A stretch of DNA of 64,000 nt from Octopus sinensis (GCF_006345805.1 NC_043024.1:13516001-13580000); one strand, 5' to 3'. Counted from the first letter of the stretch, positions 24,689-39,319 are shown. Program-made: numbers and translations. Notes: a model not told the origin generated them from the sequence alone.

Positions 24689-25276
24689 CTACGATGCAGA
24701 GAGCAAGCTTATATGCAAACCATCTGTGTGGTTGTTCAGCAAGAAACTGCAAAACGCAAGAATACTGTGAAACCAGCTTAGAAAATCAGGTAAACACCTA
24801 TTAGAAGAAACAAAAAAAAATGTGTGGTGGGGTGCGATCAATTCTCCGAGGGAAATCAAGGGCTGGAACTCTTAGAAACCGGATCAGTACTCTGAACCAT
24901 TACGCCAATATTCCTCCTGACACCGAACTCTACCATTTGATAATGCTAAGTAATATCTTTCTAAATATGAACGTATTTTTCAAATTTATTAGTACTAAGT
25001 GTGTCTGCATTCCTCATAAACAAAGGAGTTCGCAAATGCAGGGAGGCTGTGAAGAAAGCTTAGAAAATTGTGAAAATAACTGTTAAAACGCGGAAAAAAT
25101 AGGCACAAAGACTCCAGAGGGCGTCGAACCATGCACCACTGAGATTCCGCCAGAGCATGTACATATAACATAATATAATGTAGTGTAATATACAAACTAT
25201 ATATATTATATAATATGATACAACATATCACACACACACACACATATATATATATATAGTTATGATATATACATAC

Positions 25277-25318
<42 letters not shown>

Positions 25319-25779
25319 ATGTATATATCCATACATACATGCATATATTGGTATGTATGCGTGAGCGTATCATCTATGTCTGTATATATGTAGCCTTTAC
25401 ATCAAATGACAGACAGTTCGCTGTGTATACCAACTTTCCTATAAATGGGATGTACGTCGTAATCTATACACTGTAAATAGTTTTTAAAATGTATAAAAGT
25501 CGTTTTTGTTTTTTTATTGGAGTTAGGTTTTTACGTTTAGGTCCAGTTCATTGTAATATTTTAAAACATATTGATAAAACATAAAACTGTCCGTAAAATT
25601 AAATATTGTGTACATTCACCTTTTTGATACCACATTGAAATAATTACATTATAATTAATATAGATAATTAAATACACTAATTCACACCCACGCACAACAA
25701 TGCGTATACAGACGTATCATACACATTCACGCACGCATATGTTATGTATATATATACATATATGTATATATATATATAT

Positions 25780-26150
25780 CTTTACTCTTTTTTACTCTTT
25801 TACTTGTTTCAGTCATTTGACTGCGGCCATGCTGGAGCACCACCTTTTAGTACTTATTCTATCGGTCTCTTTTTGCCGAACCGCTAAGTGACGGGGATCT
25901 AAACACACCAGCATCGGTTGTCAAGCAATGCTAGGGGGACAAACACAGACACACAAACACACGCATAGATATATATATACATATATACGACAGGCTTCTT
26001 TCAGTTTCCGTCTACCAAATCCACTCACAAGGCATTGGTCGGCCCGGGGCTATAGCAGAAGACACTTGCCCAAGATGCCACGCAGTGGGACTGGCCCGCA
26101 ACCGTGTGGTTGGTTAGCAAGCTACTTACCACACAGCCACTCCTCCGCCT
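25780..26150 (-). mobile_element. SINE family B, with internal deletion
   Basis: Matches 4682-5078 and 41426-41822; lacks the gtcga..cccc..tacttatt segment. Confidence 0.9.
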
Positions 26151-26159
26151 ATATATATA

Positions 26160-26234
<75 letters not shown>

Positions 26235-26484
26235 CGGTGCAGAATGTCAGAAAGAGAACGAGAGTATAAAAAGAGAAATAGGGAGAGACCTATGCGAGGG
26301 TATTGTTATCAAATGTTAGGCTCATGCCATATCCAGAACGACTAAAGTGACAACCAAACCGCAAACACCTCAGCGCGTTACTTATTCACAATTTTAATTA
26401 AAAGAGACTCAGGTGAATCACTCTATTTCAAAGGAAATGCGCACGCCAGGGTGTACGTGTGTGTATAGGCATTTGCGTATTATA

Positions 26485-26540
26485 TAACATACACACACAT
26501 ATGTATATATATATATATACATATAATACATATACATATA

Positions 26541-26610
<70 letters not shown>

Positions 26611-26621
26611 GTATATGTATA

Positions 26622-26665
<44 letters not shown>

Positions 26666-26686
26666 TATATGTATATATATATATAC

Positions 26687-26763
<77 letters not shown>

Positions 26764-26795
26764 GTTTATATGTATGTATATGTATATATATATGA
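26485..26795. repeat. (TA)n microsatellite
   Basis: Direct inspection. Confidence 0.95.
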
Positions 26796-27266
26796 ATTGT
26801 CATTCTTACTGTGTTTGGTTGACTAAAGTATTGTTTAATGTTCGACTTTATTAATTACGGATATATATATATATTATTAATTAGATGTCTCCTCTTCATT
26901 AAATTATATATGTGTGCTGTGCCTTCTGCCCTGATATTAGCCTTGTAATCAAGCCTTGTCAGTAAATCTGTTAGTTTCGCTAATAAAGAATTCTAAATTA
27001 ATATCTTTAATAACGAAGTTACAGAATTTTCTCTTTAATCTTTTATTCGTTTCAGTGATTGAATTGCTGCTATCCGAGGACACTACCTTGAAAGGTTTCG
27101 TGGAACAAACCAATTCGTTCTCTATCAATCTCCTTTGCAAAAAGCATAATATACGAGGCGTAAACTTTCCACAACATGCTGGGATTCGAACCACTGATGG
27201 GAGGCAAACGCAAGCAAAAAGCACACAAAAGGTACATCCATATATGTATATATATATATGAATATT

Positions 27267-27297
<31 letters not shown>

Positions 27298-27356
27298 TAT
27301 ATATAATATATATATATCTGTATCTATCTATCTATCTATCTATATATATATAATAT

Positions 27357-27396
<40 letters not shown>

Positions 27397-27409
27397 TGTA
27401 ATATATATA

Positions 27410-27454
<45 letters not shown>

Positions 27455-27476
27455 GTGTGTGTGTGTGTGTGTGTGT

Positions 27477-27772
27477 GGACGGGCAATGGCCCAGTGGTTA
27501 AGGCAGCGGACTCGCGGTCGTAGGATGGCGGGTTCGATTCCCAGACCGGGCGTTGTGTGTTTATTGAGCGAAAACACCTAATATTTCCACGAGGTTCCGG
27601 CAGGGGGGGGGGCGTGATCCCTGCTGTACTCTTTCACCACTCTTTCTTCTGTTGGCCTGCTCGCTTAGCCAGCTGGGTGGCGTCATTCGAAGGCTAAAAC
27701 AATGCGAAGCGCATTGCGTCCTGCGATGTGTAGCAACATCTGATGGTCTGGTCGGTCACGTGATCACGTGAT
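27477..27772 (+). mobile_element. SINE with family C head and a different 3' half ending in (CACGTGAT)2
   Basis: Similar to family C up to ccctgctgtactctttcaccac, then ctgttggcctgctcgcttagccagc...ggtcggtcacgtgatcacgtgat. Confidence 0.85.
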
Positions 27773-28889
27773 ATGAATATATATATATATACACATATAT
27801 AAAACGTTTTTTGTGTGTGTACATCAATAACTTTTGCATCTTTTCTCCAATTTCTAAAAAAAATTATACACACCTGTTTCATATCGCAGCCCCAGAACTT
27901 AGGTTACGTACAATTTAAAGAAATCGATATTGGAACCTCTAAAGCGATGGGAAACCGACAATAGATAATTCCTATTCTTTTGAATTAATCTGCTGTATGT
28001 TCTTCCATATTTTTAAAATCTCAATAATACTAAAATCTAGATGTTTGATTGTTCCCGAAATATCTCAGAAATCGTATATTTTATCCATTTTTTTTACATA
28101 TTTGTTTTCATACTTCCTTTCTGCAGTGCACCACGTGGAGTTATATTTAAAACAATAGGTAGCAAAGGCATTATCACCATTTGGATTTTAGGAACCTCAG
28201 CCGAAATGGTAAAGGTGGTAGAAAGCACTGCTATCGAGATGCTATCGCCAGCGACTCGGTACATAAGAGACGAGATTTTGGTGTTCTGGTGTAGGATTGC
28301 GAATGCATAGAATTAAATATAAGGTCCATTACGACTGAATGATAAATCTTACTCTTCGTGAATGAGGGAAACTGAAGAATGCAGCGATTATTCTGTAAGT
28401 AAACACGAAAGTTCTCTCTTTTGTTTTGATTCCTAGAGTGCTTAGATTTTCTGAAGAAATGGAAAACAAATCTCCATTAATTTCCTCCAGATTGTGTCTT
28501 TAATGAAATGCGTCACTTCATTATATAATGTTTAATTAATATGTCAATTAATAGATCATGCAAACAATTTCTAAGTACCATGAAATTGTGTTAAACATGA
28601 ACACCCCCGGCGAGAACTTTAAAGATCTCTGTAAGAAGTAAATATAATGAGTGAATATATAAACGGATAAATTATAATCCGAGTTCTCTACAACCTCTTT
28701 GTAATTATTAAATTTCGCATTCGAATCTCTAATCCTGCCTCATATGATAAAGAAATGGTTATCTCACTTGTTATCTCACTGCGAAAAGCTTGTCTAATAA
28801 TTGTCGTTGTTGTCTTTGTAGTGTTTTCATGCACGTACAAGATGTTTTGCTTTGTTTATTAAACCAGCTCAGCCGTACAAGAATATATC

Positions 28890-29115
28890 TATTTCTTTAC
28901 TACCCACAAGGGGCTAAACACAGAGAGGACAAACAAGGACAGACATAGGTATTAAGCCGATTACATCGACCCCAGTGCGTAACTGGTAATTAATTTATCG
29001 ACCCCGAAAGGATGAAACGCAAAGTCGACCTCGGCGGAATTTGAACTCAGAACGTAACGGCAGACGAAGTACGGCTACGCATTTCGCACGGCGTGCTAAC
29101 GTTTCTGCCAGCTCA
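28890..29115 (-). mobile_element. SINE family A, young subfamily with long tail
   Basis: atttctttactacccacaaggggctaaacacagag..atcgaccccgaaaggatgaa..gtcgacctcggcggaatttgaactc..ctgccagctc; flanking duplication ccagctcagccgtaca(a/g)gaat. Confidence 0.9.
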
Positions 29116-29327
29116 GCCGTACAGGAATTATATGTGTTCTAACCATGAACAGGTGGTCCCCTTTCTTTTTCAAAAGTCTTTCTTTTCCAACCTATTTTCA
29201 GCTATCAAAATTTTCTTATGACTATCCCGAGAAACCTCAAATAAAAGACGGATTTTGGTGTCAACAATTAACATTCATGCTGTGATTCCTCAATGATCAA
29301 CGTGAGAGAAAACATAAGAGAAAAGAA

Positions 29328-29708
29328 GTGGAGGCGCAATGGCCCAGTGGTTAGGGTAGCGGACTCGCAGTCATAGGATCGCGGTTTCGATTCCCGACCG
29401 GGCGTTGTGAGTGTTTATTGAGCGAAAACACCTAAAGCTCCACGAGGCTCCGGCAGGGGATGGTGGTGATCCCTGCTGTACTCTTTCACCACAACTTTCT
29501 CTCACTCTTACTTCCTGTTTCTGTTGTACCTGTATTTCAAAGGGCCGGCCTTGTCACTCTGTGTCACGCTGAATATCCCCGAGAACTACGTTAAGGGTAC
29601 ACGTGTCTGTGGAGTGCTCAACCACTTACACGTTAATTTCACGAGCAGGCTGTTCCGTTGATTCGGATCAACCGGAACCCTCGTCGTCGTAACCGACGGA
29701 GTGCTTCC
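29328..29708 (+). mobile_element. SINE family C, full length, 12 bp TSD
   Basis: tRNA-like head; aagagaaaagaa at 29316-29327 and 29709-29720. Confidence 0.95.
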
Positions 29709-30124
29709 AAGAGAAAAGAAAGAAAATGAACGGAAGTAAGAGAAGGACGAAATACATTTTGAATGCATTACTTAAATCTTATAAACATCAACCAGAAAGG
29801 TATTTTTAGCCAGCACCTCTACACTGTCATGAAGGTAACATTAAAGGTAGAATCTGAAATAAGTTACTTGGATGTGTATTTCTATTCTGCCATATCACGG
29901 AATCCTTTTAGTAAAGCATTGTGCTGGCAAAATGGTTGGCTCATCTTTTGTTTTTTGATACTCTCAAGTTTTCAAGATTCTAAAACCTTTCTGTGTCACC
30001 CAGACTTTGCTTCTTTCGGGATTCATAACCAAGGAACTATTCTCGAACTCGGGTCTATTTTCCTCCCTTCTTCTATTATTCCAGTGTCTGTCTCTATGTT
30101 TCTCATATTTACTCTCTCCCACTT

Positions 30125-30295
<171 letters not shown>

Positions 30296-31354
30296 CTCCT
30301 TCTGGAGTGTCTTCATTATTCAAAGATCTCCGGTTTAGTGGCATGTGACACGCTGTCAGGGTCTAAGTATTCTATTATGGTACCTATCAGCGTGAAATGC
30401 CCAACCGCCGTTGATCGACTAACAACTGAACAGTCAAAGATTAACTAAGGAATTATCATTTTATGGATTAAGCCAAGAGATAATACAACTGGGGATATAC
30501 TCTGACACCAACTTCAAGATGATATCAGCTACATACAACTCAAATATATCTATACAAATATTTATTTTAGTTCTCGAAAATAATTTGAGAAACAGTGAGG
30601 GTTATGAAAAGGACAGAATATAACCATAGAAGACATCACTGTTGTTTTAAATCGGTGTTCATAGAACACCAGACTCAGGAACCTTGCTTATTCGCACAGT
30701 TTCGTTTACCGAATTTCACAAAATTTTGAGCTGTCGCCTAAATTGACGAATATCGAGATCGAAACTAGAAGCACATGTTTCCAAATTGCATTTCTTCACC
30801 ATGAATCCATGCACGCAATAATTCTCAGTGAATAAATGTAAACAAAGAAATATAATTGGGATGAAAAATGGAATAGCATATTCCAAAAGAAGAAGAATCC
30901 ATCACACAAAAAGAACCTTAAATACCAATTCCATTGCAGTCATCTGCAGATTATATTTAAGAGAAGAGAAACGTGTTCCTCATCAGACAATTGATATAGC
31001 CGTAGCAGCTGCAACAGCAGCAGCGGTAGCAGCAGTAGTAGCAGTAGTAGTAGTAGTAACAACAACAGCAATAAGAGGTGAAGAAGTGGAAGAAGCTTGA
31101 TTGTGATAATGGATTTGGCAAATAATCAAATATCTATATAAGAGCGAACTTCTGTTACAGACATTTTGAAAAATAAAAATGTTAAGACATAAATATTATA
31201 TCAGAATAATTTGAGATGATGTTTCAAATTCATGTTGGCAGTTCAGAAGCAAATAGTGTAATAGCAATAAATATTAAATACCGTCTGATTTATAACTTAT
31301 TTGTAAAACAACATGAAAAAGAAACAAAAACACAGAAGAAAACACGCATACACT

Positions 31355-31514
31355 CGTGCATACATACACATATATATACATATATATACATGTATGCGTG
31401 GTGTATGAAAATACATACACTCGTACAGATATATGCAAACAAACATACGTACAAATATATATATATTTATATATATATATGAGTGTGTATCTGTGTATGT
31501 ATGTATATATATAT

Positions 31515-31557
<43 letters not shown>

Positions 31558-31601
31558 ATGTATTTGTAACTAGATATATATATATATATATATATAAAAC
31601 T

Positions 31602-31666
<65 letters not shown>

Positions 31667-31715
31667 TATATATATGTATATAAATATATGAGTGTGTGTA
31701 TGTGTGTATAAACGA
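31355..31715. repeat. (TA)n-rich compound microsatellite
   Basis: Direct inspection. Confidence 0.9.
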
Positions 31716-33226
31716 TACATAAATTATTTGATTTATATCTAGTTGAAAACAACACTGTTCCATTATATTCCTGCCGTGTGTGTAAGACGTAGAGTAATAT
31801 TTGTTACAATGAATTATTTCAATGTCGTTTAACAAGAACTTTGAGTTTTGTGTTATGATAATTACCTCATTATATTGGACACCGTTTGGAATATTTAAGA
31901 CCCGCATCAGAATTTTGGCTTGTTCATATATAATGTCTGTCCATATATAATGTAATACAATTATCAGGACAGATAATATTAACACGCTATATTTTCCAAA
32001 GATACAAAGCGAGATAAGGAATTTGGTGATTTGTCAGAAAGAAAGACTTGTATATTGTCTTAATATCTTACAGTTATTATGCATAGATCTTTATGTATGT
32101 GCTGAATTATTAAGCAAGCTGAGGTCAGTATTATCTTTCTTTCCTTTAGATTAGCAAGAACCAAAGTAATGAGATAGCTTCAGTGGAATATAATAAATAC
32201 TTTCATTTATTTGTTATGTATTTTATTCCTGATTCTGAAGCAAATTAACAAGTCTCTTTTACCCAATTGATGTATTTGTATGAGATCGCATTCTTCTTAA
32301 GCGTGGTTGCCGGCTTCCGAGCTAAATGTCGACGATGAATAAGTCGACAATTGACCACACAGATACACTTTTGTTCGGCCTTTATTTTTGTTTGTTTTTT
32401 TCTACATCTTATATAGCTGTTTATAATGTGTCAGTGTCATCGATGTGGTGGTCAGAGAAAAGCAACACCGTATCGAATCACTTGCTCCTCCCACCATGTT
32501 AACAACTCGCATATTATTTATTCCGTGTTGGGTGTACATGATTACAATGAAGTCGGGAGTAATTCACTCCAAGAGGAACACATGACCATCCAGTCAGAAT
32601 CCTTGCTAATTGCGACAAATGGAACCACGAGCCATGACTGATTAATAAGTGGTGCCAGGAGCAATCCTAATAAATCAGTATCAGTTCGTAAGAGTTTGAG
32701 AAGGGTTTATAGAGAAGTAATTCCATGACTGTTTCTTCTTTCATTGGCCAAAACAGTCAATTATTAAATGCATTAAGAACACATCCATTGACGTCCTCCA
32801 TAAGCGGTCAAAACCAAGGTTATGAACAATGAGGTTCATTCCGCCTGGAGATTGACGGCGATGAAGGACGGACAGTGCCAGAGAATGCCTGTATTACTTG
32901 TAATATACATTGCTGTCGGATCCTCTTATGCTGCTCAAATCTAATTTGACTAGATTGGAAAATATTTCAGTTACTTTATTGGATAAGACGACTTCTTACG
33001 GCCACGATGATCCTCTGCTACGAACAAGTAATAATCATAAGCTGTAAAGGACATGAACTGCTTATAAGACGCTCAAAACTTATGATACGCTCCAGAGACT
33101 AGTGTGAAGAATTCAGTATAGAGTTGAGCCCATTCAGCAAGAATGGATCTGTATATGCGTAAACACTCATACGCATGCGACACACACAAACACACACACA
33201 TACACACACATAGGGCTACGCAAATG

Positions 33227-33547
33227 TGAAGGCGCATGGCTCAGTGGTCAGAGCGTCGGGGGTAACGATCATGAGGCAGTGAGTTCGGTTCCCGGACAGG
33301 GATGTGTGTTGTGTTCTTTAGTAAAACACTCTATTGCTCCAGTTCACTCAGCTGTAGAAAGGAGTTGCAACGTCACTGGTGCCTGTGCCTTTTCTCTGGA
33401 TAACATCGGTGGCGAGGACGGGAAGATGTGCATGCATGACCGACTGCTGGTCTTCCTTAAACAACATTGAACGGACTTGTGCCTCGGAGGGAAGTATTCT
33501 AGGCGCAATCCCAATGTCATTTATGACCTAAGGTGGTCTTTACCCTT
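33227..33547 (+). mobile_element. SINE family D-type copy
   Basis: gaaggcgcatggctcagtggtcagagcgtcg...gagttcggttcccggac...gttgtgttctt.agtaaaacact..gctccagttcactcagctg. Confidence 0.8.
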
Positions 33548-33795
33548 TATACATATGTTCATATATAAATATATTATCTCACATATACACGTTCAAACAT
33601 GTATTAATATACCCCACAAAAATGTATTTGTTTATATATTTGTGGGGTGTAATGCACAAAGCTAAACGTCATAACAGAGACGGGATAAACAAATGAGGAT
33701 TCAAGTGTTGGCCCTACTGAACAACAACAGATAAATAAGTGTCAGCTACAAGAGGAAATTAAAATACTGCAAGAGAGATAGAGAGAAAGAAAGAA

Positions 33796-33849
<54 letters not shown>

Positions 33850-34098
33850 GTACACATGTAAAGATGTGGAAACGAAAGAGTATATAGGAGCCAGAGAATA
33901 ATGTGGGAAGCAACCTGACTTAGGGGGAAGCAAGAAAAAATTATAAGGTTTAGTCTATGAAGCAGAAATAAGATAAATTAGCGATGTCTTAGAGGAAGAT
34001 ACGAAGATATACAACAAAGGAAATACTGACATACACGCAAAGCTAAATATACACAAAACCACGCAGAAATTGTATCATATGGAATTATAGATATCTGT

Positions 34099-34525
34099 AG
34101 GCGCAGGAGTAGCTGTTCGGTTAAGAAGCTCGATTTGAAATCAAGCGGTTTCAGATTCATATCCACTGCACGGAACATAAGTGCCTTCTATTCCACCCGG
34201 GGGATTCAACCTTTTGGATGAATCTGGTAAGAGAAACTTGTGTGAAACCTTTCGTATTTATACATATGTGGGTGTATGTTATGGAAATAACAAAATTTGA
34301 TAACGACAACGGGAAAATCTGCGGACAAACTAATTAATTGTTGCCCCCCCCCCACTGACGCTTGGCAGCAAGTGTTCACATCCTTGTCGTCTAGTGGTAC
34401 ACCAATAAGAGAGTAGTGTAAATGCCAGATTAAAAATTAAGTAGTGTGGTCAATTCGCTCGACAAATCCTTTCAAGATTATATCCCAGCATGGCCGCAAT
34501 TCACTCACTGAAACAAGTAAACAAT
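34099..34525 (+). mobile_element. Old diverged SINE family B copy
   Basis: aggcgcaggagtagctgttcggttaagaagct...cccagcatggccgca...actgaaacaagtaa. Confidence 0.7.
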
Positions 34526-34987
34526 AACATAATAAAATGCAAAATGAGCACATGGAATTCCTGGTAAAATTGGACACAAAGCACATTGCACCAAATCATG
34601 AATTAAATTTAATAATTCTATGGAAAAAAAATAATTTTATAACCACAATGGGAAAATCTGCGAACAAGCTAATTAATTACCAATCTCATCGATAAATTTT
34701 ATTATAAAAAAGTTCATGTTTTTAAATGCTTGGTCACCGAACTAGGATACATTCCTACCGCCAGACTACTTTTATAAACGAGTCTATTCTGTTTTGTGTC
34801 TTGTATTATTTAAATTTCTTGTTTTCTTTGAATACGATACAGAAACTGCATAGAAAAACCTTAACAGACGACAAAACCATATTATTGTAAAGACTTAATG
34901 ATTAGACAGATGGAGAAACCATCTAAAAAGAAAGTAAAGAAGACGGATAAGGAATGAATTGAGTCGCCAATACGTGACGTTGCGCAA

Positions 34988-35510
34988 AGGCAGGTGAACT
35001 GGAAGAATCGTTAGCACACCGGGCAATATTCTTAGCGGCTTAACACCCGTGTTTACATTCTTAGTTCGAATTCCACTCAGGTCGACATTGCCTTTCACCC
35101 TTCCAGGGTCAATAAACTTAGTAGCAGCTGAACACTGAGGTTGATGAAATCGAGTTACACCCTCGCCCGAAATTGATGAGGGTGTGGCAAAATTTTAAGT
35201 CAATATGGAATATCTTTTGAGCTTCAAATTTTCCCGAAGTCGACTTCGCCTTCCAGCCTCCATGATTGGACAAATTAAGTACCAGAAATATACTGGGGTC
35301 CACTTAATCGACTGTAACTCTCCCCACGAAATTGCTGGGTTAGTGTCAGTATTTGAAACCAATATATTTCTTTACTGCCCAAAAGGGGCTAAACACAGAG
35401 GGAACAAACAAGGACAGACAAAGGGATTAAGGCGATTACATCGACCGCAGTGCGAAACTGGTACTCTGTTTATCGACGCCGAAAGGCAAAGTGGACCTCG
35501 GTGGAATATT
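34988..35510. mobile_element. Cluster of SINE family A copies (+ 34988-35200, + 35215-35360, - 35365-35510)
   Basis: Repeated gtcgac..gcctt(t)ca..c and tail atttctttactgccc..ggggctaaacacagag. Confidence 0.8.
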
Positions 35511-35759
35511 TGAAACCACTATATAATATCGAGCAACATTGTGTATGGTACACAATTCGCTGCTGTTCTCTGGAGCCAAAGAAATTTGATGCAACGATCC
35601 AGGACAAAATCCATGCAAAATAAAGGATGACATTCAGAACTTCTAGAAACATTGCGGATAGGTTTGAGAACTTTACTGTTCAAAGCAAACCATAATGAAA
35701 TTGATGTGGAAAATAAAAATATGTAAAACACTCTACTTATTAATTCCATATCATATGCG

Positions 35760-36116
35760 CACAAATACACACTCACATACGTATGCACATATATGTATTT
35801 GTATATGTATACGTATACGTATATATATATATTCACCATATAATATTATATGGATTCATAAATAGGGACAGGCAAATGTACATATATATATATATATATA
35901 TTATATATATAGCTATACAACTCATATATGCATCTTTATGCGTGTGCATGTATGTATATGTGTGTGTGTATAATTGATTTTCAATGATTGTCTAATCTAC
36001 ATATGTAAATATAAATATTTGGTTAGAATATCGAATGACGATTTTCCCTGCTGACTATTATACAATCGTATATTGCATATTTGGATCTAAAATTATTTGC
36101 ATAGATTCTATATATA

Positions 36117-36149
<33 letters not shown>

Positions 36150-36314
36150 AAGGTGTCGATATGGATGTGTTTCAGCGTGCATATAAATATATTACATCTA
36201 AGAATCGTATATGCATTTATATTTACGGTCATATGCTTGAATCCACATCCACATCCACACATTTACATATTTATATGTATATATCAACTACAATATATGT
36301 ATATATATATAATA

Positions 36315-36359
<45 letters not shown>

Positions 36360-36616
36360 AGTGTATATATATATATATATATATATATACGCATGAATCA
36401 AAAGGAAGTCCATAAAGGAAATATAGATGGCTCGATATTCAAATGCGAATGCGTGTGTCAGTGTTTCCGTGTGTGTATATATACATATATTGCATGTACA
36501 AATTGTAAGTCAACACGTAATCGCGTATGCGTGGAAAGATCCACACACACACACACACACACGTACACATACACACACACATATACGTATGGAAATGTAT
36601 ACAAATATAACCCAGT

Positions 36617-36647
<31 letters not shown>

Positions 36648-36735
36648 ATATATATATATATATGTATATATATATACATATATATATACATATATATGTA
36701 TATATATATGTGTATATATATATATATATATAATA

Positions 36736-36770
<35 letters not shown>

Positions 36771-36790
36771 ATATGTATATACATATCTAT
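35760..36790. repeat. (TA)n/(CA)n microsatellite cluster
   Basis: Direct inspection; source of many IYIY ORFs. Confidence 0.9.
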
Positions 36791-37499
36791 AACAGTTCAA
36801 CCTGATTCGTGTGATATCATTACAACACAATTCACGCATTCCCTGTCAGCACCAAACATGTAGAATTTTTTTTCTTTGAATTTCCCTCCGGTAACCACTT
36901 TCATATATTCCTCTCTTATTCTACGTAAATATCGCTGTCACATCCACTCCATCTTTCGCCTTCTCTTCTTTTTCTCTCTTTCTCTCACTACCATCCTCTC
37001 TCTCTCTCTACTTTTCTTTCCTACCATCTCTTTTACGTGTCAGTCTCTCTATTATTTTATCGCTCTTATTCTTCGCCTCTGTCTCTCGTTTCCTTTCTCT
37101 CCCTTCTCTCTCATTCTGTTCTCGCATTTCGCTCCTTATAGACTCGCAGTGTTTGATAACCAGCTTGGAACATATGTAACCACACATTCACATATCCACA
37201 TAATCATATATGCCTTGCACAAAGTATCTGTCATGTCACTTTGCATAGTGAGATACAATGTCTTCGAAATATTAGTCAATAACTAAACAGAATTATATCC
37301 AGCAACTAAAGGTATTGGACATATTATCGAAATCAGGTAATCGTAATCACAAGAAATAGACTGAACATTACAATTAATCATGTTTTTGGTATTTACCTTG
37401 AGAGCCTTTTGTTGCGAAAATAATTGATATATTGGGCAATTCTGCTTAAGTTCAAGATAAAGAAAATGTCCGTTATATACATGCTTCCATTTATCTCAG

Positions 37500-37539
<40 letters not shown>

Positions 37540-37974
37540 CTCACACACACATGCACACATGCACACACACCCACATATATATATATGTAACTATGTATGT
37601 GTGTGTGTGTGTAAGTCGAGTTCGAGGTTATAATATCTAATGGTTAAAGTATCTGTATATACTATGTAGATATTGATTGGCATCGGGTGCGGAAACGGCC
37701 GTAATATTTGTTAGGTCACATACATGTTATGCAATATTTTGTATTAAATGATAAGCTATTAATGCGATCGAATTGATGTGTATATATATATAGAAGCATA
37801 TATACATACAGGACACAAAAAGACGTGGACAGAACGAGAAACGAGAAAAAAGATCGTTTTCTATGTTTTTGTTTTTTATGTTCTCTTTCTGACCACGTTT
37901 TTTCATGTCCTATACCTGTATATGCGTCTATATATACATATATGTATGTACATATATATATATATACTTACATA

Positions 37975-38019
<45 letters not shown>

Positions 38020-38231
38020 AAATATTAGGGAATAAATCCAAACTTACAGGGAAAAATCAGATTTAGGATTGAATCCAATTTTATAGTAAAATATTATATT
38101 ATATTAAATTAGAGATAAAACCACTATTAGGCAAATCAAACAATGAAAAACTTAAGCCAATACATGAGATTAACTAATTTATATTATTTTAAATATATAT
38201 CAAAATTATTAAAAGAAGATAATTAATATAA

Positions 38232-38294
38232 CACTACGATCGTTTCATGGCTGTCCAATTCGTAAAAATTCGAGTTACAGTCATTCTTCAGGTG
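38232..38294 (-). ncRNA. Minimal type I hammerhead ribozyme (mirror copy)
   Basis: Exact reverse complement of 38355-38417. Confidence 0.75.
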
Positions 38295-38354
38295 ATTGAA
38301 ATATTTCACTTGGCGAGTTCATTGATTAAACCTCGCCAAGTTAAATATTTCAAT

Positions 38355-38417
38355 CACCTGAAGAATGACTGTAACTCGAATTTTTACGAATTGGACAGCC
38401 ATGAAACGATCGTAGTG
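38355..38417 (+). ncRNA. Minimal type I hammerhead ribozyme, predicted cleavage after 38414
   Basis: cac-CUGAAGA-[aug.cugu...acag.cau stem II]-GAAAC-gauc-GUA-gug. Stem I is cac/gug; the stem III region ACGAUCGU is self-complementary. Confidence 0.78.
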
Positions 38418-38707
38418 TTATAATAATTATCTTTTTTTAATAAGTTTGATATATATTTAAAATAATATAAATTAATTAATCTTATGTATTGGCTTAAGTT
38501 TTTCATTGTATGATTTGCCTAATAGTGGTTTTATCTCTAATTTAATATAATACATATAAAAATGTATATAAATTACTGCTTTGGTTACAATTTCGACATA
38601 TATACATTTAGGTATATCAATCTATATATATATCTATATCTATGCATATATATATATATAATATATATATACATATATATATACATACATACATACATAC
38701 ATATATA

Positions 38708-38747
<40 letters not shown>

Positions 38748-38831
38748 TATATATTAAATTAGGAAAAAACACTTTTTTATCTATTCAGTAATGAAAATTT
38801 TCATTATACCATTTAGAAAATTTACATATTG

Positions 38832-39187
38832 AATGCACCAATTCACACAGCTAAATTGTTACTGAATGGCATGAGGAACATTCTAGTGAAGTTGAAATTC
38901 GTAAGTGGCTAACACATTCTCCGGGTCTAAATATTTTTGAATAATCATGGTGCATTTTAGAAAAATTTCTAAGGAGACAATATCTCCACCATCATAACTA
39001 CAAGGACTGGAGACTGTTTTAGTTGGGGAATGGACAAAAATTCCTTTGGAAACAATTCAAACTTTGTACGAGTCCATACCTCGTAGAATTCAAGCTGTAA
39101 TTACTGCCAGACGCAGTTGTATCCCATATTAAAATAAATTTCTTTGAAATTTTTAAGATGTTTCCATTACTTTTTCGAATACCTGTA
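38832..39187 (+). mobile_element. Tc1-family transposon 3' half (defective transposase C-terminus plus right TIR)
   Basis: NAPIHTAK..W..SPGLNI..W...QGLETVLVGEWTKIPLETIQTLYESIPRRIQAVITARRSCIPY* (stop 39130-39132); ends tgtttccattactttttcgaatacctg-TA (TIR begins CAGG). Confidence 0.88.
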
Positions 39188-39278
39188 TATATTAGACCGA
39201 CAGATATATAGATAAATAGATACATAGATAGAAAGAGAGATAGATAAATACACATACAAACACATACACACACACACA

Positions 39279-39319
<41 letters not shown>

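Larger units (their letters stand above)
38025..38552. mobile_element. Long fold-back element (arms 38097-38317 / 38332-38552, 14 nt spacer, one-sided extension 38025-38096); putative Penelope-like inverted pLTR
   Basis: ~220 bp arms with about seven mismatches by eye; TA-rich or (TA)n sequence on both sides; a hammerhead motif in each arm. Confidence 0.85.

Noticed and set aside
29330-29402. tRNA-like sequences (also 24305-24378, 27477-27550, 41426-41500, 42473-42546)
   Set aside because: They are SINE heads followed by SINE bodies and TSDs, with no complete cloverleaf; not tRNA genes
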